52,462 nt of DNA, from positions 1 to 52,462 of the forward strand of contig JBBIOM010000011.1 of assembly GCA_037443365.1 (NCBI GenBank). Direction: 5' to 3'. Positions 1-8,749 of the stretch are shown here, in pieces; within the stretch, counting starts at the first letter, position 1; every line of letters starts with the position of its first letter. A program made the position numbers and the translations under genes. This DNA comes from Armatimonadota bacterium. Its GTDB lineage: Bacteria > Sysuimicrobiota > Sysuimicrobiia > Sysuimicrobiales > Humicultoraceae. The notes under the pieces were generated by a model. It was not told the origin of the DNA, made no database searches, and saw only the letters and a list, made by a program, of their open reading frames with translations.

Positions 1-50
1 TCGTAGGAGATGCCCAACTCATCCAGGATTCGGGTCGCGCGCGTGCGCAT
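1..50 (-). CDS. 5' end of probable YbaK/EbsC family aminoacyl-tRNA deacylase (partial, runs off window)
   Basis: Reverse strand from ATG at 50 reads MRTRATRILDELGISY, resembling the N-terminus of YbaK-family proteins; only 16 codons are visible. Confidence 0.5.
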   Translation of the reverse strand, partial: MRTRATRILDELGISY

Positions 51-107
51 GCTGGCTTGGGAGTTCGGCGGGGAGCCCTGCGGCGTCCTGCGCCGCACCG
101 GCTGCGC

Positions 108-113
108 TATACT
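108..113 (+). promoter_or_regulatory. Putative -10 element TATACT (candidate leaderless promoter for the helicase)
   Basis: TATACT at 108-113 lies 6 nt before an in-frame GTG at 120; no SD is visible. Confidence 0.5.
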
Positions 114-119
114 GACCTG

Positions 120-2117
120 GTGAGACCCGTCACACTACACCCGGGCATACGCCCCATCCTGGCAGAGGTGGGCGAGGCAGGGCCGGGCGAGTTTGTCCCT
201 GCCCGGTTCCAGCAGGAGGCGCTTGCGGCGCTTGCTTCGCACGACGTCCTGGTCTGCGCGCCTACCGGCAGCGGCAAGACGTGGATCGCGCAGGAGGCGA
301 TACGCGCGGCCCTGGCGGCCGAGGGCCAGAGCTGGTACACGACACCCCTGAAGGCGCTCTCGAACCAGAAGTTCCGGCAGTTCCAGCGGCTCTTCGGGGA
401 CGCGGCGGTCGGGTTGGTCACAGGGGAGCGGCGAGTCAACCCGCGCGCGCCGGTCATCGTGGGCACCACCGAGATCCTGCGCAACATCCTCTACGCGGCC
501 GGGGGCGGCATCGCGCTCATTGTCCTCGACGAGGCGCACTACCTGGGAGATGTGGAGCGCGGCACGGCCTGGGAGGAGATCTTGCTGCTGGCGCCTCCGG
601 GCGCGCGGCTCCTGCTGCTCTCGGCCTCGATGCCCAACGTGGACGAGATGGCCGGATGGATGGGTGAGATTCGCGCCCGGCGGCCGGTCGTAGTGCTGGA
701 GGATCAGCGTCCAGTTCCGCTTCGGCTGCTCCTGGCCGGCGGAGGCGGCGCCCTGCTTCCTACTGCGCTGGCCGCGAAGGTGCGGCGCGAGGAGCGGCGC
801 CGGGGATGGCTCGTCGAGCTGGTGCGCCAGCTCGAGACCGGAGGTCTGCTGCCCGCGATCCTCTTCTTCCCGTCGCGCCGCGAGTGCGATGCGGCGGTGC
901 GCGAACTGTCGGCGCTGCGTCTGCCCGGCGCCGAGGAGCGCGCCCGGGCGCTTGGCGTGTGGGAGTCGGAGTACCCCACGCTGCTCGGCCACGCCTACCG
1001 GCACACGCTGATCCAGTGCGGGATAGCGCCCCACCACGCGGGCCACCTGATGGCCTGGCGCCTGGCTGTTGAGGACCTGCTGTCGCAGGGCCTCGTGCGG
1101 GGCGTGGCGGCCACGACCACGCTTGCGAGCGGGCTGGACGTGCCGGCGCGCACGGTGGTGCTCTCCACCCTGGTGCGGAACAGCCCACAGGGACCGGTCT
1201 CGCTCTCGGCAACGGAGTTCCAGCAGATGTCGGGCCGGGCCGGACGGCGCGGACGCGACCGCATCGGCGTGGTGGTCATCCCGGCATCCGACCGCGCCGA
1301 GGCGCAGATGGGCCTGGCCCTGGCCGGGGCAGAGGCCGAGCCGGTGACCTCCGCGTTCACCCCCTCCTACTCGCAGGTGCTGAACCTGCTGTCACGCCGG
1401 GACCTGCAGACCGCGCTGGCCGAGATAGGCCGATCGTTCGCCGCCTACCAGGGCCTGCTGGGCCGCCGGATGAGGCTCCCGCGCCGGCTGCCCGACGGAG
1501 CGGTCGCGCAGGCCGCCGCCCGAGCACGCGACGGCTTGAGCACCGAGTTCCTGCTGCGGGCCGGGGTGCTGCAGAGCCTGGGATACCTCGACCGCGAGGC
1601 CTGCCTGACCGAGGACGGACGGTGGGCGATGCGCCTGCGGCACGCGCGGCTGCTGGTGCTCGCGGAACTCGTGCGGCGCGGCCAGATTCCCTCTGCGGGC
1701 CCGCGCCTGGCCGCGGTGGCCGCCGCCTTGGGCACGGAGCGGCCGCCCCGAGGCGGCGGGGGCAAGGCGCGCCTGGCCGCGCTCGCGCACATCGTGGAAG
1801 ATGTCGCGCGCCTGGAGCGGCAGTTCGGGCTAGAACCCGATCCTGTGGCCGGGGAGTTCAAGGCACAGTGGCACCGCGTGCGCCGGCGCCTGGTCCCCTC
1901 GCCGGCCGAGCGCCGGGCCGACGCCCTGGAGGCGTGGGCGCGGGGCGCGGAGTGGACCCGGCTGGTGGCCGCGGTCGAGTCCGAGGAGGGCGACCTGCAG
2001 CGCACGATCCTGCAGGCGGCGGAGGTGCTGATGCAAATCGAGAACCTCCCGATGCCGGGGCTGCGGGCCCTTGCCAGGGCGACGCGCGAGACGCTGCTGC
2101 GGCCCCCGGTGGTCTAG
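120..2117 (+). CDS. DEAD/DEAH-box SF2 helicase, Ski2/HelY-like
   Basis: Motifs APTGSGKT, TPLKALSNQK, VGLVTGE, TTEILRN, LDEAHY, LSAS, HHAG, ATTTLASGLDVPA and QMSGRAGRRG; C-terminal EGDLQR segment resembles DSHCT. Start at GTG 120 is inferred (ORF is open from 57). Confidence 0.9.
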   Translation: MRPVTLHPGIRPILAEVGEAGPGEFVPARFQQEALAALASHDVLVCAPTGSGKTWIAQEAIRAALAAEGQSWYTTPLKALSNQKFRQFQRLFGDAAVGLVTGERRVNPRAPVIVGTTEILRNILYAAGGGIALIVLDEAHYLGDVERGTAWEEILLLAPPGARLLLLSASMPNVDEMAGWMGEIRARRPVVVLEDQRPVPLRLLLAGGGGALLPTALAAKVRREERRRGWLVELVRQLETGGLLPAILFFPSRRECDAAVRELSALRLPGAEERARALGVWESEYPTLLGHAYRHTLIQCGIAPHHAGHLMAWRLAVEDLLSQGLVRGVAATTTLASGLDVPARTVVLSTLVRNSPQGPVSLSATEFQQMSGRAGRRGRDRIGVVVIPASDRAEAQMGLALAGAEAEPVTSAFTPSYSQVLNLLSRRDLQTALAEIGRSFAAYQGLLGRRMRLPRRLPDGAVAQAAARARDGLSTEFLLRAGVLQSLGYLDREACLTEDGRWAMRLRHARLLVLAELVRRGQIPSAGPRLAAVAAALGTERPPRGGGGKARLAALAHIVEDVARLERQFGLEPDPVAGEFKAQWHRVRRRLVPSPAERRADALEAWARGAEWTRLVAAVESEEGDLQRTILQAAEVLMQIENLPMPGLRALARATRETLLRPPVV

Positions 2118-2206
2118 CGGGAAGGCGTGTTGGGCATAGGACCTCTACCAGGGGTCTGGAGCGCCGCAGGCCACTCCCCACGCCGGATGGGTCTGGAGGC
2201 GTAGTG

Positions 2207-2629
2207 TTGAAGCGCATTGGGTCTTCAAGCGGCTTCACGCTGATCGAGCTCGTCGTGGTCGGCGCGATCGCCGCTGTGCTCGTTACGGCCACGGTGGGCC
2301 AGTACCGGGACTTCATCAGCAACCAGCGTCTCCACGCCTGGTCGGAGACGATCGCCTCCGACCTGCGGGCCGGACAGCAGGTCGGCGTCTCACAGCGCCG
2401 CACGGTCGTGGCCGTATTCGACGGCAACTCCTACACCATCATGGCCGACAACACCGTGATCAAGGCCGACCAGTTCCCCCCCGACATCACCAGCACGCCC
2501 GAGACGGTCACGTTCTCCGCGCTCGGCACGACCTCGACCGCGGGCACCATCACTCTCCGCAGTCTGCTGACGAACCGCACGCGCGTGATCTCGGTTGCGG
2601 CCTCTACCGGCCGCGTGAGGATTGACTGA
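2207..2629 (+). CDS. Type IV minor pilin / pseudopilin, FimT/GspH-like
   Basis: Class III signal SSSG|FTLIE plus hydrophobic helix; C-terminal VTFSALG...TGRV pattern; GGAGG at 2195-2199 (start TTG 2207 or GTG 2204). Confidence 0.85.
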   Translation: MKRIGSSSGFTLIELVVVGAIAAVLVTATVGQYRDFISNQRLHAWSETIASDLRAGQQVGVSQRRTVVAVFDGNSYTIMADNTVIKADQFPPDITSTPETVTFSALGTTSTAGTITLRSLLTNRTRVISVAASTGRVRID

Positions 2630-3060
2630 TGACCAGGCCCGCAGCAGGCCTGCTGCGCCTCGGTCGAAGGGGCCAGGGCGGGTTCACCCTGCTCGAGGTC
2701 ATGATCGGCATGCTGCTCCTCTCGGCGGTAGTGATAATGCTGAGCCAGGGATACATGGCCGCGATCAGCCGGGCCGGGGAGATCGGTGATCACTCAACCG
2801 GGGCCGCATGGATGCAGGCGATGGTGGATCACCTGCGCAATGTCGGCTACGCCGGGGTCAGCGGCTCATGGACCGAGACGGCGGCGACCTGCACATCGCC
2901 CGAGCCCTGCCTGCCCCTTGCGTTTGATCGGGCCGAGATACAGGTGACGGGCACGGGCGTGCCACTCCTCAAGCAGGTCAACATCACGCTCTACCGGAGG
3001 GGTGGGGCGGCGCCGTTCCTCGCCCTGTCCACACACTTCACCGACATCAGGCTTCCGTGA
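2629..3060 (+). CDS. Type IV minor pilin, PilV/GspI-like
   Basis: Prepilin site QGG|FTLLE; TGATG coupling to the upstream gene; Cys pair. Confidence 0.85.
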   Translation: MTRPAAGLLRLGRRGQGGFTLLEVMIGMLLLSAVVIMLSQGYMAAISRAGEIGDHSTGAAWMQAMVDHLRNVGYAGVSGSWTETAATCTSPEPCLPLAFDRAEIQVTGTGVPLLKQVNITLYRRGGAAPFLALSTHFTDIRLP

Positions 3061-3758
3061 TGAGACGCCGCCTGCGGCATCCGGATGTGCGAGCCGGCGG
3101 CGGCGAGCGCGGGATGACGCTTGTCGAGGTGCTGGCGGCGCTGGCAGTCGGGACGCTAGTGCTGGCCACGATCTACCTGGCCATGGGCACCGCGATCCGC
3201 GCCCGGCTGCTGGTGGAAAGCAGGGTCCACGGCCAGCAGCATGGGCGCCTGGTCATCCAGTGGGTGGCCGACCGCCTGAGGCAGGCCGGCTACGCGGTCA
3301 GCCCCGCCAGCACGATTCCCAGGTGCCGGGATGCCCTCGTTGTCGAGGACGGAGCGCTGACGCCGACGGCCACGCGCCTCTTCTTCAACACCGATCTGGA
3401 CGGTGCGGGCGCAGGCAACCCCACGCAGACGATCGGGTTTCTCCTGGGGGTAGAGACCGTGGGAGGAGCCGCGGTGAGCGTCGTGCAGGAATCGGTCACG
3501 GACTGCACAAGCGGCGCGATCGAGCGTCGGGCCAGTATCTCCGATCCCACCTCGGTAGAGATCGCCTCTATTGCCTTTGAGTACTACGATGCGAACGGCG
3601 CGGTTGTCTCCAATCCAACAACCCCTGCTGCCATCCGCTCTATCCGGATGGTGCGCGTCACGATGGTCGAGCGGGCGGCGGCAGGCGCACTGGGAACAAG
3701 GGAGCAGACATGGACGGTTCTGGTCAATCTCAGGAACCCAGATCCGCGTACGCTCTAG
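3057..3758 (+). CDS. Type IV minor pilin, PilW/GspJ-like
   Basis: ERG|MTLVE; DRLRQAGY motif typical of PilW; C-terminal VNLRN. Confidence 0.85.
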   Translation: MMRRRLRHPDVRAGGGERGMTLVEVLAALAVGTLVLATIYLAMGTAIRARLLVESRVHGQQHGRLVIQWVADRLRQAGYAVSPASTIPRCRDALVVEDGALTPTATRLFFNTDLDGAGAGNPTQTIGFLLGVETVGGAAVSVVQESVTDCTSGAIERRASISDPTSVEIASIAFEYYDANGAVVSNPTTPAAIRSIRMVRVTMVERAAAGALGTREQTWTVLVNLRNPDPRTL

Positions 3759-3778
3759 TTCCGCTCGCGGCGCCGGGG

Positions 3779-5089
3779 GTGCGGCCAGGGCAACGGCGGG
3801 CCGCTGTCCGCGGAGGCGAACGCGGCAACATCCTGCTGATGATCCTTCTGTTCATCGTGGCGGCCGGCGTGCTCACGGTGGGCCTGCTGGGCAGCCTGAT
3901 GGGCGAGATCCAGGGCGGGTTCTCCTATCGCCACGGCGTGAAGGCGCTGGCGGTTGCCGAGGCAGGCATCCACTACGCGGTGGCCAGGATCAACGAGAGC
4001 GGGGGAAGCGCCTACCCAGGGGAGAACGGCCGGCAGATGACGCATCCGATCCAGGGGGCCCTGGGGGTCTTCGACGTGGCGGTGCGCTGCTCAAACGGCA
4101 CGGTGCCAGGGAGTCCCAATCCCTGCGCGGTAGCGCCCCAGCCCAACGTGCGCGTGATCACCTCGACCGGGTTCGTCCCGAACAGCGCGCGGGCGCTGGG
4201 ACGGCGCACAGTCGTGGCCGTGGTGCGCCAGGCCATGCTGACGTCGCTGGATTTCGCGGTGTGCGGCCGTGATGGGGTCACCCTCGACCGGGACACGAGC
4301 CTGTACGGCAACACCGGCAGCAACGGGAACATCGCGCTCTACGGGCCTCCGGCCACGCCGGGCTCGCTGGCCCGCACATATGCCTACGGCGGGCAGCCGG
4401 GCAATGCCGTCGCCGGAGGTGCCGTCACCTGCTCCGGCTCCTGCGGGCCGCCATACAACCAGGTGGCCGGGACGGCCACCAGCAACTACCCGGGCGGTGA
4501 GGTCTGTCCGGTGCTGCCGGCCTTCACCTGCAGCCCGGCGACCGCGGCCTCGGGCGACCGCCTCAACCAGGCGAACCTCACCATCAGCGCCGCCAACGCC
4601 AACACCGTGCTGCGCAACGTGACGATGGGAGCGAACTCAACCCTGACCTTCGCCACCACCAGCGCCAGCGAGATCCTCACGGTGCACCTGAACACGCTGA
4701 TCGTCGGGCGGGACAGCCGGGTGCGCGTCACCGGACCTGGGAAGGTCGTCCTTCACCTGGCCGGGCGCATGGAGATCGGCCAGAGAACGCTCTTCGGGGT
4801 GGATGGCGCGAACGCCAACATTGACCCCGGACGCTTCGTGCTCCAGAGCTGCGCAAGCGACGTTGGCAACGACTACGCGGTGGAGTTCAACCAGACCGGC
4901 GCGATCAATGCCATTATCTTGGCGCCCAACGGCAGAGTGCAGCTCGACCAGGCGAACCTCTCGAACGGCGCGATTCAGGCGCAGAGAGTCCAGTTTGACC
5001 GGGGCACCGACTTCCGATACAACGACACCGGCTTCGCCATCAGCGGCGGCGCCTTCAACACGCTGACCTCCTGGCGCGAGCAGCCGTAG
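3779..5089 (+). CDS. PilX/GspK-like minor pilin with large C-terminal beta-rich domain
   Basis: ERG|NILLM (no Glu5, as in PilX/GspK); ALAVAEAGI PilX-type motif; ITSTG; ends TSWREQP. Start is uncertain (ORF open from 3710). Confidence 0.8.
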   Translation: MRPGQRRAAVRGGERGNILLMILLFIVAAGVLTVGLLGSLMGEIQGGFSYRHGVKALAVAEAGIHYAVARINESGGSAYPGENGRQMTHPIQGALGVFDVAVRCSNGTVPGSPNPCAVAPQPNVRVITSTGFVPNSARALGRRTVVAVVRQAMLTSLDFAVCGRDGVTLDRDTSLYGNTGSNGNIALYGPPATPGSLARTYAYGGQPGNAVAGGAVTCSGSCGPPYNQVAGTATSNYPGGEVCPVLPAFTCSPATAASGDRLNQANLTISAANANTVLRNVTMGANSTLTFATTSASEILTVHLNTLIVGRDSRVRVTGPGKVVLHLAGRMEIGQRTLFGVDGANANIDPGRFVLQSCASDVGNDYAVEFNQTGAINAIILAPNGRVQLDQANLSNGAIQAQRVQFDRGTDFRYNDTGFAISGGAFNTLTSWREQP

Positions 5090-5093
5090 CAGG

Positions 5094-5122
5094 TTGACAA
5101 CCGACGGCGCATCCCCGACGAT
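5094..5122 (+). promoter_or_regulatory. Putative sigma70 promoter
   Basis: TTGACA (5094-5099), 17-nt spacer, GACGAT (5117-5122), upstream of the hypothetical gene. Confidence 0.45.
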
Positions 5123-5156
5123 AGGGGCGAGCCGGAGGTATGGAACGCTTCCACGC

Positions 5157-5957
5157 ATGCCCAGGTCCAACACCGTCACCGAGATAGAGATCAAGGTATT
5201 CGACCGCCCGCGCGCGTTCGCGTTTCGCGGCCGGTCGCTGCGCGCGCTGTCCGCGGCGCTCCGGCGTGAGGTCGCGGGCGCCGGGGGATACCTGGGCCGG
5301 ATAGCCGGCGTGCTCGACGCCCTTGCCGCCGCGGGGTGGCGCTACGCCATCTTCCGGGGACAGAGCGTCACCCTGACGCACAGCCATGCACCGGACAGGG
5401 TGCTGATCGAGGCGTTTCTCGCCGAGCGGTTTGGCCCCGACCTGCTGGAGCGGATCACCATTCGCGAGCGCACAAACCGACCGACGCCCAGGCCCCCGCG
5501 CCTGCCCAAGGCCGACGATGAGATGAGCCGCGAGCTGCGGCGCCTGATCGGCGCCGACAGCCACAAGAAGGACCTGTATCTGGGGCACCCGACCGAGGAG
5601 CTGGCCGAGCTGCTGCTGGACATGAGCTTCCTGGCGCAGGAGGCCCTCGACGACCCGGAGGTGTCGCGGCTGCTCGACCGGACCCAGTCCGAGCACGAGG
5701 AGGACGCGCAGTACCGCGATCTGCACAGCCGCTATCTCTCGCTGACGGAGCGCACCGGCATGGGGCACCCGGCCGCCGAGGAAGCGTACTGGGACCTGTT
5801 CTCCTACACGTCGCGCAAGCTTTCTAGACTGATCCCGGCGCTCCGGTCGTTCCTGGAGCGCCGGGGTTTTGACGATCTGTGCGAGCACGAGGCCACGGCC
5901 TTCTTCACCGCGGCCCTATCGCTGGCACTCTCCGCCATCGAGGCGGACGAGCCCTAG
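5157..5957 (+). CDS. Hypothetical protein
   Basis: Long ORF with host-like codon usage and a globular-looking sequence; no recognisable motif. Confidence 0.7.
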   Translation: MPRSNTVTEIEIKVFDRPRAFAFRGRSLRALSAALRREVAGAGGYLGRIAGVLDALAAAGWRYAIFRGQSVTLTHSHAPDRVLIEAFLAERFGPDLLERITIRERTNRPTPRPPRLPKADDEMSRELRRLIGADSHKKDLYLGHPTEELAELLLDMSFLAQEALDDPEVSRLLDRTQSEHEEDAQYRDLHSRYLSLTERTGMGHPAAEEAYWDLFSYTSRKLSRLIPALRSFLERRGFDDLCEHEATAFFTAALSLALSAIEADEP

Positions 5958-7063
5958 CCCGGCGCGCGCAGCGTCCGGACCGCCTCCCCGACTACCACCT
6001 GCAGCGCAGCCGCCACCGGTACGGCCAGCAGCGCGCCGAGAATGCCCATTAGCTTGGCGCCGACCATGATCGCCACGATCGTCAGCAGCGGCGAGAGCCC
6101 CACGGTCTGCCTCATCACGCGCGGCACCAGGATGTGCCCCTCGGCCTGCTGGATCACGGTGAAGAATACGACCACGGCCACGACCTGCCAGACCGACCCG
6201 AAGAGCGATACGATCACTGCGGGGATGGCGCCCAGCACCGGTCCTATCATGGGGATCAGCTCGGTTATGCCAGCGGCCAGGCCCAGCAGGAGCGGATAGG
6301 GAAGCCCGATCGCCCATGTTCCCAGGCCGGCGGCTACGCCGATGATGAGGCCGAGCAGCAACTGCCCGCGCAGCCAGCCGCCGAACTTCTCACCGATGTT
6401 CCCCAGCACGACCTCGATGCGCGGCCGGTGAGGCGGGGCGAAGAGCCCGAGGAATCCCTGCTTGATGCCCGGTCCCTCCAGCAGCATGTAGATGCTAAGA
6501 ACCAGGGCCGTGATTGCCGACACAACGACGCCGAAGACGCGAAACGCCACACCGGTGGCCGCGCCCACATACTCGGTGAGGCGGCCGGCCTCGTACGGAA
6601 GGCGATCCAGCAGGGCGGCCAGGTCCGGCAGCCAGGCGTAGCGCTGCTGCAGGCCCGCCAGCATTCCCAGCAGGCCCCTGTGGATCTCAGGGGCCTTGGC
6701 CGCAAACTGTCGCGACTCGGCCACTATCGGCGCCACCAGCAGGCCGCCCGCGAGCACGAGTGCTGCGACCAGGCCCAGATAGACCACGGCGATCGCACCC
6801 GAACGCGGCAGACGCCACCGCCGTCGCGTCCATTCGCGCCCCGCCAGCCGCTCGACCGCGGGCTCCAGGCCGGTCGCCAGGATCGCGGCGACCAGGATCA
6901 CGACCAGGATCTCGCCCACCGCGATCAGCAGACGAACGGCGCCCACAACGGCGATCGCCACAAGCACGACGATGGAAGTCCCGACCACCATATCGAATCG
7001 CGAGACCAGCGCGGTCACCCCCTCGGCGGTTGGTGATGCTGCTTCTCGGACGGACCGCCTCAA
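5954..7063 (-). CDS. AI-2E family transporter
   Basis: Multiple TM helices; WLRGQLL, ELIPMIGP, QQAEGHILVPRVM and GALLAVP motifs. Start is uncertain (alternatives 7018, 6991). Confidence 0.9.
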   Translation of the reverse strand: MRRSVREAASPTAEGVTALVSRFDMVVGTSIVVLVAIAVVGAVRLLIAVGEILVVILVAAILATGLEPAVERLAGREWTRRRWRLPRSGAIAVVYLGLVAALVLAGGLLVAPIVAESRQFAAKAPEIHRGLLGMLAGLQQRYAWLPDLAALLDRLPYEAGRLTEYVGAATGVAFRVFGVVVSAITALVLSIYMLLEGPGIKQGFLGLFAPPHRPRIEVVLGNIGEKFGGWLRGQLLLGLIIGVAAGLGTWAIGLPYPLLLGLAAGITELIPMIGPVLGAIPAVIVSLFGSVWQVVAVVVFFTVIQQAEGHILVPRVMRQTVGLSPLLTIVAIMVGAKLMGILGALLAVPVAAALQVVVGEAVRTLRAPG

Positions 7064-7109
7064 GGAGGATTCGCGACTGCCCCTGCCTGTGCCTGGAGCG
7101 GAAGCCGCC

Positions 7110-7138
7110 TTGACGCTCCCCCCGGCTCTTCCTAGAAT
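7110..7138 (+). promoter_or_regulatory. Sigma70 promoter of tRNA-Asn
   Basis: TTGACG (7110-7115), 17 nt, TAGAAT (7133-7138). Confidence 0.75.
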
Positions 7139-7166
7139 GAGTCTGCCGGTCAGGCTTCTCTCGCGT

Positions 7167-7241
7167 TCCGCGGTAGCTCAACGGTAGAGCGTCCGGCTGT
7201 TAACCGGAGGGTTGTAGGTTCGAATCCTACCCGCGGAGCCA
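7167..7241 (+). tRNA. tRNA-Asn (GTT)
   Basis: Acceptor stem TCCGCGG/CCGCGGA, D arm GCTC..GAGC, anticodon arm TCCGG-CTGTTAA-CCGGA, T loop GGTTCGAATCC, discriminator G and encoded CCA. Confidence 0.97.
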
Positions 7242-7332
7242 CGCTCACTGGGTGGCCGCGCGCCAGGCGCGGCGTCGGCCCTGACGCGGCTGATCGCCCA
7301 CCGTCCAGGTCAATGGTCCTGAATTGGGGAGG

Positions 7333-7692
7333 ATGAAGGTGAAGGCCACACCCGAAGGCGGGTTGCCCGCGGGTCAATCCGTCGCGCTGCCAGAGCTCGT
7401 TGCCTATCAGGAAGGGGCGGTTGTCAGCCGGACCCTTCTCAAGACGAGCGGCGGCACGGTGACCCTGTTCGCCTTCGATCGAGGACAATCGCTCTCGGAG
7501 CACACCGCGCCCTTCCACGCCATCGTGCAGGTGCTCGATGGAGAAGCAGAACTCCTGATCGGCGGGAAGTCGGTCATCGCGGGCGCAGGGGAGACAGTAC
7601 TCATGCCAGCCGACATCCCGCACGCTGTGAGCGCCATCCAGCGGTTCAAGATGCTGCTCACGATGGTTCGGGAGGTCCAGGCCAGCACGTGA
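7333..7692 (+). CDS. Cupin domain protein
   Basis: VVSRTL, TLFAFDRGQSLSEHTAP, MPADIPHAV and FKMLL pattern. Confidence 0.9.
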   Translation: MKVKATPEGGLPAGQSVALPELVAYQEGAVVSRTLLKTSGGTVTLFAFDRGQSLSEHTAPFHAIVQVLDGEAELLIGGKSVIAGAGETVLMPADIPHAVSAIQRFKMLLTMVREVQAST

Positions 7693-7718
7693 CCAAGGTC
7701 AACAGGGGACGAGGTGCC

Positions 7719-8693
7719 ATGCCTGAGCACAGAATCCTCTACCTTTCGCAGTCGGAGGTCGCCTCCGCCGGCGTCACGATGCGCGAGATCATCGACGCGC
7801 TGGAGGTGGCGTTTCGCGAGCACGGCGAGGGTCGCGTGGAGATGCCGCCCAAGCCGGGTGTGCACACGCGGCCCGACGCCTTCATCCACGCCATGCCGGC
7901 GTACGTCGCGGCGCTGCGCGCGGTAGGGATGAAGTGGGTCGGCGGGTACCCGCAGAACCAGAGCCGGGGGCTGCCCTACATCAGCGGCCTGTTCATCCTC
8001 AACGACGATGACACGGGGCTGCCGCTCGCGGTGATGGATTGCGCGTGGATCACCGCGATGCGCACCGGCGCGGCCACCGCGGTCGCGGCGAAGCACCTAG
8101 CCCGGCCGGACTCAAGCACCGTCGGAATCCTCGGCTGCGGTGTTCAGGGCCGCAGCAACCTCGAAGCCCTCAAGACGCTCTTCCCGATCGAGCGCGTGGT
8201 CGCATACGACATCGTGCCCGAGCAGACGGACCGGTTCGCCTCCGAGGTCGAGGCGCGCTGGGGGTTGCGGGTCGTCCGGGCGGAGCAGCCCAGGGAGGCC
8301 GTTAGCGGCTGCGACATGGTCGTCACCGCCGGGCCGATCCTGCGCAAGCCACATGCGACGATCAAGGCCGGCTGGCTGAACAAGGGAGCGTTCGCGTCGC
8401 TGGTGGACTTCGACTCCTACTGGGACGGCCCGGCCATGAAGGAAGCGGACAAGTTCTGCACCGACGACGTGCCGCAGCTCGAGCACTACCGCTCGGTCGG
8501 CTACTTCCAGGACATCCCGCCGGTGCATGCCACGGTGGGTGAGCTGGTGGCCGGGAAGAAGCCCGGGCGCACCGACCCCAGGGAGCGCACCATGACCTGC
8601 AACCTGGGGCTCGCCCTGGACGATGTGGCCACCGCGCCGATCATCTACCGCCGGGCGATCGAGCGCGGGATCGGGACCTGGCTGGAGCCCTGA
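7719..8693 (+). CDS. Ornithine cyclodeaminase / mu-crystallin family protein
   Basis: HAMPA, GMKWV, ITAMRTGAA, Rossmann GCGVQG and NLGLALDDVA; RBS GAGG. Confidence 0.9.
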   Translation: MPEHRILYLSQSEVASAGVTMREIIDALEVAFREHGEGRVEMPPKPGVHTRPDAFIHAMPAYVAALRAVGMKWVGGYPQNQSRGLPYISGLFILNDDDTGLPLAVMDCAWITAMRTGAATAVAAKHLARPDSSTVGILGCGVQGRSNLEALKTLFPIERVVAYDIVPEQTDRFASEVEARWGLRVVRAEQPREAVSGCDMVVTAGPILRKPHATIKAGWLNKGAFASLVDFDSYWDGPAMKEADKFCTDDVPQLEHYRSVGYFQDIPPVHATVGELVAGKKPGRTDPRERTMTCNLGLALDDVATAPIIYRRAIERGIGTWLEP

Positions 8694-8749
8694 TGCTGGC
8701 GGGGCCTGCCATGGCTCCGCCAGCGCGCGCTGCCTCGCCAGACGAACCC

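Noticed and set aside
2118-2206. c-di-GMP-II riboswitch upstream of the pilins
   Set aside because: Fragments resemble it (GGAA, TGGGCA, TGGAG, TAGTG), but their order and the pseudoknot pairing do not fit.
7167-7330. tRNA-Asn as an island integration site
   Set aside because: I saw no integrase, no duplicated tRNA 3' end and no compositional shift downstream.
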